A stretch of DNA of 64,000 nucleotides from assembly GCA_026023565.1 (NCBI GenBank), contig JAPETS010000014.1:124001-188000 (forward strand), written 5' to 3'. Under the pieces are notes generated by a model. The model was not told where the DNA came from. It made no database searches and saw only the letters and a list, made by a program, of their open reading frames with translations. The stretch is from Cirrosporium novae-zelandiae. Lineage: Eukaryota. This document shows positions 1 to 11,541 of this stretch, one piece after another; position 1 is the stretch's first letter; each line of letters starts with the position of its first letter. The translations under genes and the position numbers were made by a program.

Positions 1-45
1 TGTGATGTACAACACGACTAGCAAATGTAATCATAACCTAGCATT

Positions 46-3000
46 TCATTCTTCATCCTCTGCATCTTCATCCGCGACCTAGTACATTACTATTAGTATG
101 GTGTCAATAGGTGAAAGTGTCAAAGAACCAAACTCACGTCGTCATGGAAGTATTTGCCTTCCTTTGTCTCCTTAATGATACCGGCTCTGATAGTCCAGTC
201 TCCAAAATGCTCTCCTTGCTCTCTTTCCAATGAATACTGTTTCAGAAGACCCTGCATAATATCCAGTATTTCTGGTTCCTTGATACTACTTCGATACAGC
301 TTGTTCAGTCTTTGTCCGTAGTAACCTCCTCCCAGGTACATGTTATAGGCCCCATAGGCCTTTCCTACAAAAGCAACTTCGGCAAGCCATGGCCTAGCGC
401 AACCATTGGGGCAACCGGTCATACGCATAACAATGCTAGCTTGACTAAGACCGTTTTCCTCTAGACAATTTTCGAGCTTGGAGATAAGCACAGGCAAGTA
501 GCGTTCACTTTCCGCCATGGCTAGTCCACAAGTAGGAAACGCAACACATGCAGAAGAGCTGAGCCGCAGTCCCGTGAATTGAAGGTTATCGAGATGGTAT
601 TTCTTCATGAGGGTTTCAACAATGGGTTTATCTTCGTCAGCAAGATTCGAGAGGATAAGATGTTGGTTTCCGGTAAGGCGAAACTCTCCTCTGTTGAGTT
701 TGGCAATTTCTCGAAGGCCAGTGCGCATAAGGAAATCTGCAGTATCTTCGATACGCCCATTCTCGATAAAGAAGGTGAAATGATTCTTGCCCTGTTCGTC
801 CTTCTGCCAGCCAAAAGTGTCGACGTTCTTGTCAAAATGATATGATCGTGGCGGCTCGAATTTAAAGCCCACGAGCTCTTCAACCTTTTCTCGGAAGACA
901 TTCACACCCATATCCTCGATGGTGTACTTGAGACGAGCATGTTTACGGTTCTTACGATCCCCATGGTCACGCTGAATAAGCATGATCTTCTCACAGACTA
1001 GAACAATGTTGGAAGTAGAGACATAACCGAGCATGCTACCAGTGCGTGGAAAAGTTTTTTTGTTGTTATGAGTTACCCCCATACCGCCACCAGCAAGAAC
1101 GTTGAATCCATCGAGTCGACCGTTGGCACCCTTGATAGCGATTAAACCAACGCAATGTGCAAAGACGTCGGTATCATTGTAGGGTGGGACGGCAATGGTG
1201 ACCTTAAATTTTCGTGGCAGGTATGTGGGGCCATAAAGGGGTTCTTGATCAACGATTGCATCACCTGCGACCTTTACCTTTTTGTTGTTTTCGTCCCGAA
1301 GCCATATTTCATGGTAAGCCGTTGTGTTTGGAAGAAGATGCTGGTCAATTTTCTTAGAAACTTCATATACATCACGATGATAGGCAGAGCGCTCTGGCAT
1401 AGTACTACACATGACATTTCGATTGACATCTCCACAGGCGGCAAGTGTTGTCATTAAAGCCCTATTAATAGCCCGCATTGCTCCTCGAAGTTTTCCTTTG
1501 ATAATACCATGGAACTGGAACGTTTGACGGGTGGTCAGTTTCATCGTCTCATTACCATGCGCACTGCTTATCGCGTCCATTTGTAGCCACTGAGATGGGG
1601 TTGCTACGCCTCCTGGAACTCTGCATCGGATCATAAACGCATATGCCGGTTCAAGACCTTGAGCTTTTCGCTCGTCACGAAGGTCACGATCATCTTCCAT
1701 ATAAGTGCCATGGAATTTAGTAAGTTGCGAATCACTTGCAGAAATTGCTCCAGTTGTCTCGTCGTTCAAGCCTTCCACGATTGTTCCCCGGAGGAAATTT
1801 GATTGAGCTTTGATATCTTCATTTGTGAGCGGCGCAGGTTCTTCGGGGAGGCCTTCTACATTATCAACCCCAAGTGCATGCCATAGCTTTGGTTCCCATT
1901 CTCCATATCCTGTTTGGTACCCATCTGGATCCTGATCATCGCCTAATCCCACATCTGCCAGTTTTTTTGCACCAAGGAAGGCTATTCTAGCATCGAGATC
2001 TTTCGCTGGCTTGTTGTAAAAGATCTTGTCCTGCTTCCGTGGCCAATAGTGACTATCACCAAGGCCAAAGACGGCGAAATGAACCGAAGACAGCTCAATA
2101 TCCCCTGAGCCTTTTATTGTTTCCCAGAATGATCTACCGTTCTGAGGAAATTCCCCCTGACCGGCCGTGCTCGTGATTATCACGACGTTCTCTTCAGCAG
2201 GAAGATCTTCAATAGGATAATCATCCATAGCCATAGCCATCGTCTTTAGACCTCTGTTCTTTCCCCTGTTGCAGAGTCTTTTGGCCAGATTTTCAGCATT
2301 ACCATTGTCTGAAGCATAGAGTATCGTCAGAGGTGCACCAAAGAGACCCTCTAGAAGCTTTCCATAAGCATTTTTAGCCTTGCGCTTCTGTAAAGCTCTG
2401 ACTTCTGAACCATAGGACTCCGATAGGCTGTTCGAGAAATTAGGATGCCGCCTCATTAGCTGGGAGAGCTGATTATCCCTCCTTAGAAAACCTTCAAGCT
2501 CTTGTCTAATCCGTGGTGAATCAAGGGAAAAGTTGGGCTCTCCCTTGTCTTCATTGTTAGGATTCCATCTATACAGTGGCCAGTATCCAGCATCCACGGC
2601 ATTCTTTGTTTCGCGCAAAACGGTAAGAGGAGAGTCATCCTCTTTGTTATATGGCAGATATGCAAGCACTACAGAAGGGCCTTTGAAACGATCTGCTTCG
2701 ATCATAGCCTCAAGGACCTGTGTATAAGAACCGTAAACGGCAACAGAGGCTACATATGCGTTTCCAAAATTCATTGCATACAGACCAATGTCCTTTTTTC
2801 TTCGGGGTGAATCTTTTGCCGCGCGTTCGGAATAAGGTTGGGTGTCAATGATCAACATGTTGATGTCAGCATCAGAGGCGAGTACATGGTGTACTCCCGA
2901 ATTTCCAAGGTCATAAGCCCATGCATCTGACCCTATTAGCCAGCGAGATTCATCGAAGAAAAATTCTTTGGAGGAAAGCAGTTGATTTGCAAGCTTTGAT

Positions 3001-4790
3001 CCATCGACAGCCAGTCGGGCTATAACATCAGGTGCTAGGGAACTGGCTTTTGCCGAATCTTCAGCAATTAACGACCACTTTGAGAGCCAGTTGCGAGGTA
3101 TATCCGTTGCGAAGTCGGGGGTTTTTGCAGCTTCTTGAATTTCCTTCATGAACTTTTGCTTGCGTTCAATTCTAGCGAGTAAAGAGCCAAATCCATACTC
3201 TGGAGAAGCAGCTATCGTCGAGGATATTCCAGCATCATTTGCACCTAGTCTATTTGCGACATAAAGATGTTCCCCGAACACTTGGGTTAATATCTTCCAG
3301 TAGGCGCCCTCCACTTTTGGTTTTTCTAATGATGTTTTTTGTCCCTGCTTGAAGGGCTTCGAACGACCGACCGTGAGGTTCTGGAGAGGCGACGGAGAAT
3401 GAAGGTTTTGATAGATTCCTCGTAAAGCTTGCAAGGCAGTTGCGGACTCAACATGCTCCAATTGAAAGCCAACGATGAGTATCTTATCGCCGGGTGTAGA
3501 CCTTGAATTTACCGTTGAAAGTAGATCAAGTAGTACCGGACCCCATTTTGTTGTTTTCGTCCGTAATTGCTCCAAGACCGCAATCCTTTTTATCGTTCCG
3601 GGAATCTCTTTTAGAAGCTCAGAAGCGAGCCAAGGTCTATAAAGACGAGCTGTGATTATGCCTAAGTTTTTAAGATCATCCGGAGCATCTGCTTCCAATT
3701 GGTCCACGAAAACTCCTGTAGACCCGAAAATGAATAGCGCAGCCTGTGCGTCTTCAGGGCCAGTGTACTTAAAAGCATTATATTTTCGGTTGGTCTCGGA
3801 GGATATCACGGCCCAAATTTTCAGTAGAGAGTGATAAATGTCTTCAGAGGAGATGGGTCTTGTGGTGGTCGACTCTACCGAGGTAGCAGAAGAAAGCGTT
3901 TGTCGGCTATCAGTACTACTCTCTCTAACGGAAGATCCTACCGAGGAGCTTTGGTGACTTGCTGTAGTCTGCACTGAAATATCATTTGGGGCAGTTGGTG
4001 GAATTGAGGCGCCCCTATTATGAGATGGTGCAGTTTCGGTAATTGTCGCAAGTCTTCCGTCATCAGCGTAAAGCGACGCCTGGCTTTCTTTGAGAGTGTG
4101 GGATTCCTTCACCGATTCCCAATCAACCACCTTCTGTATTAAATCTTGACTTTCATTCACAATCGGATCATCAAGGGACAGATTTCCAGGATCAAAGAAA
4201 TGTATCACGCCCTTTCCTGTCTTAATGGCCAAGGCATGCGCAGATAGGGCGAGATCTTGTGCTTCTTGTAATGTCTCCGACTCCAAAAATGTGAACCCGC
4301 ACTGTCGTATAGAGGAAATATCCGAGTAGTCAATGGATTGAGAGCAACTCAGTGAGACATGTATGACAACGGGGAATTGCGCAAGCTTGTATAGATGGGG
4401 AATGGAGGGCAAGAGAATCGCAGAATTTGTAGTTACCGACACTAATCGGCCTGAGTTGATTGGCTCAAACGCAGAGAGGAGCGGATCATCATTTTGTCGA
4501 ATAAACAGTATCTGAATTTCTAGTCAGTAGCTGGCGGTCGTTTCTAAGAGCGCGTCGTACGTCAGGAAGCCCTTTTGCCACCAGCCCATGAGCCTTTTCT
4601 CCAACCAGCTGTTGCAAGCTCTTTGAGAAGTCGGTCTCAATTCGAAGTGCAGGCTGAACAGAAATTACAACATCGCTAAGGAGATATGCGATCCTCGCAA
4701 CTATTAGCCATATTAGTTGACGGCTTGAAGGGGCGAAAATATCTCAAAGCACATACTCACTTCCCCAGCGGATGAGGATACCGATTCCAT
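46..4790 (-). CDS. MET5: Sulfite reductase (NADPH) beta subunit / hemoprotein: PFOR-like N-terminal domains, flavodoxin domain and siroheme NiR/SiR domains; 4 exons
   Basis: ORF 120..4442 has flavodoxin motifs (YASDNGNAE, TSTAGQGEFP, GLGDSHY) and SiR motifs (KLTTRQTFQFHG, ACGDVNRNV, YLPRKFK, SACVAFPTCGLA, MTGCPNGCARP). Manual splicing: ATG at 4790 (MESVSSSAGEV|IARIAYL, donor GTATGT at 4756), a second intron near 4561-4512, and a last intron after FHDD giving VADEDAEDEE-stop ending at 46. Confidence 0.96.
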
Positions 4791-5208
4791 TGAACAAGGA
4801 GATATTGTCAGCAACAAGAAGTGAAACTTAGGTTTACTGTTGGATTAAAATGCCCCTTCTCCAAAGGTCATGAGGGGTCTGCAATAGTGGTCGCAAGTAG
4901 TAAAGAACAAAGCAACAACACTACCAGAGAACCTGAAGACTCATGGTTTGTGGGTTATCATAAAGATCAAATTCACAAATTTACGTCCCCAGTGATCTTT
5001 TCAAGTCTCATTTGAATAAGAGAAGACTCGAAACTCTCTTCTAGGCTTGTGGAATTTTTTTCCCTAACTACTTGGCCCTGACCCCTCCGAGATGACCTGC
5101 TGAGGGGGGATTATCTTCCAATTACACAGCTTACAATTGGCGAGACTTACCCGGTGTCTCTTATCCGGCTCTTATCCGATGGTTTGTTTGGTTAATAACC
5201 ATACCTAC

Positions 5209-5218
5209 ATGACGTGAT
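5209..5218. promoter_or_regulatory. Candidate CYS-3/MetR (sulfur regulator) bZIP site upstream of MET5
   Basis: ATGACGTGAT is one mismatch from the ATGRYRYCAT consensus and lies about 420 bp upstream of the sulfite reductase ATG. Confidence 0.4.
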
Positions 5219-7236
5219 GGTAATATTTGCTTACAATTTCACAGTTTCTCATTGTTGCTTTGAAATGCTTTACACAACAGAGGGGTAACCTTACGCCCCG
5301 ATACCGGAAGAAGTGATTATTCCCCACACTAATGCCAATCACGCAATCAAACCCGCTTCTCAGCAGTCTATAAACAAGTCTTCAACATTCAACAGTAACT
5401 TGTTAATTAATTACATCTAATTACTGTTACAAAAAAACTCCCAGTTTGACCGTCTTCCGCTAATCAACTTGATCGGAAGCAGGTATCTATAGTGTCCAGA
5501 TCCGACGCCATATACTTTTCCCGTCTTTCCCGTCCCGAGGGATCCACCGCATTGAGGGTTAGACACTTCTTCAGTCTTAAATCCTTGTGTGGATACCTAG
5601 GTAATTGCCCATGTTAAAGGTATACTATGGCATGTCCGCTATAGCCTGTAGGCGACATGCGGACAATGAAATGAATCATCATCATCATCATCATTATCAA
5701 GGCATACTACGGCGCCAAAGTCACTCCAAGAATCAAGCCAGCGCCACGATTTGCACCCCGGAATTCTTCAAGCAAAATCAGATGCGAAATTGGACTCCGA
5801 AGGCCTTGCCATGAATCACAGCAATTGTTGATTTGACTGGCCTGTTTTATTCAAGACAATAAAAATATAGAAAAGGAGTTCCAGCAATAGAACATCAGAC
5901 GAAGTGTCTTCGAACGTTACAAGCTGAAAAGGCTTTTAAGAATTGAATGCTGTTTCACAATTTGCAATAGCCATGATTCCCCGAAAGATGAAAGTGATGG
6001 AGAGTAGGGAGGTTTTGTACTCAGGACTCGCCTTATTCTATTCGCCTTATTCTAAGTTCACCCTAGTTCTTGGCGCCAAGCTCGATAAGACGAGTCTTGT
6101 TGCGAAACAGAACCGTAGGTTAAAATATATAAAATATATCCCAATCCGGTAATATATTGACATTCCCCTGTATCCCCGCTGTCATCTTATCGTTAGTGTC
6201 AAATACAATTTGTATATAGTTTGCATATATATCATTAAATGTATAATTTATGAAAATTTAACTACGAATGGTAACCCAAATATAAGGCAAGTCCGGAGTG
6301 TGAAACCTCCCTAGCAACAATCATCATTGGATCAATAAACCTTTCAGCATTACCCCCCTACTAGCGTACGACATCGGAGGCCTGTTCAGGAGATAGTCAC
6401 TAAAGACAGGGACAATATCGGTGGACTAGCATTGAAGCTTAAGTTGCAAATCGATGTTATCTCCTCTGTAAAAGTGCAGCCCTTCCAAACGCATGTTCGG
6501 TTTTTCATATTGAACTGCAGTATTGAGGCTTTTCACACGAGAAATATACCCGAATGCATCTCATTCCCTTATCGTGCTCTCTTATGAGAGTAGGAAAAGG
6601 GAGCTTTCACCTTGTACTGTACATGTACCTGCTTTTTTCTACTGCTAGTACTTTGAGCAAATTCACTAGTGTCTACGGTACTTGAATGTACCTATTCATT
6701 TATCATAAAAAGTATTTTGATTAGGTGTTTATTCTTTGTCTCATATTTTTTTTAGGTGTGTTAAAATGCCTTTTCTAATTGATATTCTATCGATCTCAAG
6801 TGAATTTGATATCCCGGTGCGTCTAACCGCATTCTAGTGTTTTGAGACAAAAAATTTCAGACATTCTTTCATTGTACATGTCAGCTTCTAGTCTTTCCAT
6901 ATACCTAATACCCTTGATGATGATGATGATGATGATAATGTATTTTGTTGTCCGCATGTCGCCCGAGAAAGTGTCATTTTCGGCGCTCTTTTCAAAGACT
7001 TTCCCTTCTCAACAAAGCCGCTCGCTACTTCAGCCAGATTTGATGAAGCCTTGATTGAATTATCGCCACTTTTAGCAGCATTCTCAAAATGTTCGACCGG
7101 GTTTCAGGTTCTGTCGACTTCAAGCTATGGCGGACATTGCCTATATCCTTCTCAGCATGATTTTGTCCGTATTTATAATCCCACGATCTCCCCTCTCTTA
7201 CAGCACAGTTCTTCAAGCCTCGAGATTTTGAACAGT

Positions 7237-9317
7237 ATGTTGGAACCTATTAGCTTCCTGCTCGCAGCAGGGCTTGTGGCTGCTCAAACTACGACCACAA
7301 CCGTGGACAATGGTTATGGTGAGACGATCACTTTCTTTCATCATTAGCATCTGCTTACACACTAGTCCAGGCCCAGTTGGTGCTGGCCCGATAGATCTCT
7401 CTGTCGACCCCGTCAATAGCGATATAGTGATCGAAGTCGGCCAATTCTCAACAACCCTCTACTGGAGTACAATTTTCACCAATGGAATGAGCTCCACGTC
7501 CCCGAGCACCACGTCCTTGAGCACCACGTCCTCAAGCTCCACGCCCTCAAGCTCCACGCCCTCAAGCACTCCTTGTGACACCTCAACTCTTACTGTCGTC
7601 TCCACTACTACCAGTCTAGCTACTACAACCAGTGTATCTACTGCAACAGAGACCGACATTTCTACTGCAACAGAGACCGACATCTCTACTACGACTGAAA
7701 CCGACGTCTCTACTACGACTGCGACTGACGTCTCTACTACGACTACGACTGATTTTTCTACTGCAACTAGTGTTTCTACCACGACCGACATCTCTATGGA
7801 AACTTTCTTTTCTTCCGTGGCCCCTGTGGCTACGTCTGGAAGCAACAGCGTTTCTACAACAACCGATGTCAGTACTTTGACGGATACTACAACGGCTACC
7901 ACAACAGCTACTACAACTGACATTACCACTACGACTTCCGTCGCAACGACTCAAGTTGTCTCCACGGCTTTAGCTGGAGGTAATCTACCACGAAGCCAAC
8001 CCACAAGCTTTAAAGCAAAAAGTATATTTTCAGTCGCATCAGGAGAATATTTAACTGACTCATTTCTTTCAGGAGATCCAGCGATACTTGGCAACACCCC
8101 CAATAATGCCCAAGGTAAGGCTAAACCCCTAACTCACCACAGTTCTTAAGTCCCTAGTCTTCTTCAACCTAGTCGCACTCAAGTAAATCTGCTACGACGA
8201 AGCTTACTCCCTTACTAGCAAGCCCAAGTTCCTTCTGGACATGGCAGCTTTATCCGGCACCTGGTCATTGGGAACTAGCCGACAGGTTTATGCTCCCTTC
8301 TGACAGAGTCCCTCAGCCACCACAAGCGCCTTTCCCCCCACCATTTGGCATGGAATGGGTATGGCATCCTGAATTTGGATGCTGGGCCCTAGAGCGCACC
8401 TTTGGACCACCTGGGTCTCAATATCCGGTTCGAGACTACAAACATATACCTTATCCTGCTCCTCCTGGATATGCTTGGACCTGGCGAAATTCATATTGGG
8501 AGGTAGTCCAAGTTTATGCTCCTAATTCTAATCAACCGCCACCAGGTAGTTCATTACCACCTCCACCAAAATCCCCATTTGGATATCCTACTGGATGGCC
8601 ATGGGACGTACCCCCCCAGTCTCCAGAAGAGCAATTCGGTTCACCTAATGCCGACAATCCCCAATGGGATTATGAAGGTAATTTGAAATTCAACTGGGGC
8701 GGTAAGGAGGTTGAAGTGAGTGCTGGTCCCTCTGGTGACGTGAAAATCGACAATGATCGCGTTCTTAGAGGTGCTGCCAAGCAACAAGATGGGGAGGGAG
8801 CTCCTACTTACGATATTAAAAGACTTATGAGTCATATTAAACCCATTCTTTCCTATAACGTGAATATGGGATTCGCAAAACGGGATATTCTTGGTAAACG
8901 ATCCGCCGGTATGGACAACGAACTATCAACCGTTTACTCCATTATCTACTCTACTGTAACTGACTCGTGCTCGGCCAAAACAGACAGTCCTAGGTATACT
9001 TCTAGCTCAGCTCCACACCCTTCTATAAACTCGAGTAACTGTACTAGCTACCCATCAACAACCCCACCCGTTCAAACACCGATCTACTATTCGGCATCTG
9101 GCTCTGAAGCCCAGTCGTCATTTGCGACGGGGACAGGGAGTGGGAACTACAATACTAGTACGTTATTTGCTTCTACCTGCTTTTTCTCAATGGTTCTTAT
9201 AACGATAATTTTCTAGGCTACCAAGGGCCAGTGTCCAACGGCGGCTTTTCTACCGTTGTTCCTACCTGGACGGGATGCCTCTTAGGCTCTATCTTAACAT
9301 TCTTCTCACTTGGGTAG
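7237..9317 (+). CDS. Secreted, Ser/Thr-rich, putative GPI-anchored cell-wall protein with a Trp/Pro-rich repeat domain; 4 exons
   Basis: Signal peptide MLEPISFLLAAGLVAA. Introns 7319-7370, 8115-8218 and 9158-9216 are all GT-AG and phase-1 consistent. The last exon reads SYQGPVSNGGFSTVVPTWTGCLLGSILTFFSLG-stop (small-residue omega site plus hydrophobic tail). Confidence 0.75.
7630..7800 (+). repeat. Coding 24-bp tandem repeat (STATETDI / STTTxTDV octapeptides)
   Basis: tctactgcaacagagaccgacat occurs twice, followed by degenerate tctactacgact... units. Confidence 0.85.
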
Positions 9318-11541
9318 AAGTCTGCGCAAGCTTCTTTCTTCTATTGCTAAGACTTATTAACATACGAAGAGAGAGAAAAAGGTTATGCGTGTCCCTCACG
9401 ATTCACGATTTCCTTAATGTCCTATTCCTAAATATCTAACGTACACACAACTAACCTAAAGTCCCTCATTTAAAAATAACTCCCCTTATTCTCTCCGTCT
9501 TTATTTGGCGTCGACGAGAAAATCCTTTTGAATTCTATTCATTTACGATCCTTCCCGATTTCTTAGAACTGTCTACGTCGAAAGGATAGGCGGGTGGGAC
9601 TGGGTTTGGTCGATTTCGGTCGTACCTAACATTCGATTCTTGATAACTAGTGCGGAGATTTATGTTTTTTATATACGAATGGTTATATTGGTGATATAAT
9701 GGCCCGGCGATGATGGCATAAAAGGTTTGCAGGTCCCCATTTCCTTTCTTTCCCTCTTATCACCTTTATTTCCCTGGAAGTTATTACTAACTAATTTGTA
9801 TAGAACCGGTCAATTTTTGGCCCTCCTTACTATTCAACATTCATGGCAACATCAAAGATTTAATTTGAATGGGCTTGAGAAGCAAATTCGCCAAAAAGGA
9901 TTCAACATCCTCTTTCTTGGAACTCGAGCTTTAAATCTTTGATTGCAATCTTAAGCAAAGTACTGGCATTGAGATTACGCATTCTATGTCTACTACACAG
10001 CGTAGCATTGCATTGCATTACACACGGTAACAGATGTCATGTTACATGGAAAACTTTACTCCAGCGCATTTTATAATGATTTTTTTTTCCCCTTCCCCCT
10101 TATTAGAAAATAAAATAAAATGTCTCTCGTTAACTACTTATAACTTTTATGGCTCACCCATGGATGGATGAATTAAGGGATTTTTTTTTCTTTAACACCC
10201 CGTAGGATGGAAAACAAAATAACTTTTGGGATAATTACTGTAGATAATTGAGGTGAAGTTGGAATCATGATGATGGTTGATTTTTGCAAAGCTCATTTCC
10301 TCCTTTCTCTTCCTCCACCCTCTCCCTTCCTTTTTCTTTTATTCCCATTCACCAAAATTTTAATCAATTAACTAATTACCTCAATCATTTAATCATTTCA
10401 CTCACATCAAAATGAGCATAACTAAATTAAGTATCTACACATTCATACACATCTACACACACGTCCCATTCTCCCCCCAAAAAGGTTTCATTCACTCATC
10501 TATTCACTCATTTATTCATCCATCAATCCATTCCTTCATAATCCATTTCTACCTTCCTTTCCCTTCCCTCACTTTATCCATCTATACCCCTACCCCTTTT
10601 TTCTATTTCATTAGCCCACGAATTTACCGAGCAGCCGAGCACATGCATAGATCGATTATCCGAGCTGCCGGATACGAGACCGAGCGGAATATACTTTTTC
10701 CCTTCCCTCCCCTCCCCCCGACCATTCCTTCCTTCTCTTGGTGAAGTCTATTCCTACGTACGCGCGTTCTTATTTTGTTTTGTTTTGTTTTGTTTATTTT
10801 ATTTTATACATTCGAAAGTATTACCTATTTGGATTTTGGTAATCAATCAATATTGTGAAACGAAGGGAAGTCCCCGGAGGCGCGCCCGCGGGGGGGATGG
10901 GGGGGGTGGAGGTCTATAGTATGTTATTAATTACCCATTCATTAATTTTAAACCCTAGTAATTTCTTTCTTGCCTCTCCTCCCTAATTCCATTAAATTTG
11001 AGATTCCTTGGCCCGAGCGGAAACCTTCTCTCTTTCACTTTATTCTGATTTAAGCCAAGTACTTTTTTACGAAGGAGGAGCGGTAAGTTTTGGCATGCAC
11101 GGTTAAGTAAAAAACAAACCCACCCACCCTTGTTCTTTTCCTCCTTGCCCCCTCGGGGAGCCAAGGGTTTTCGGCCAAGGGATCTTGATGACCTTTTCTT
11201 TTTTGAGAGAGAGAGAGGGAGAGAGCTTTCCTGGCCCTGGCCGGCCTCGAAGGATGTTGATGTTATATCCATACATACATACACAGAGCTAGATCCTATC
11301 GTTGTACTTAAAATCAAAAACTCCTTTATAATATTAACATATATCTCTTGCGTAATTGTGGTTGCTTGAATGTTTTCAAGGTTGAAAAACAATACAACTC
11401 GGCTGTACTATGTAACTACGTATGTATACATCCTAAGTGTTAGATCTATCATATAATTTTTTTTCTTCTTTTCTTTTCTTTTCCTTTTATTCCCCATCCA
11501 TCAATCTGGCATCATTATTATCATTGCCATCATCGTCATCA

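Noticed and set aside
120..139. ORF-track C-terminus VSLVL of sulfite reductase
   Set aside because: This is read-through into a GTGAGT intron; the spliced end is VADEDAEDEE.
9500..9942. Intron-like signals (ctaactaatttgtatag) and a 71-aa ORF
   Set aside because: No start codon or recognisable protein could be assembled from them.
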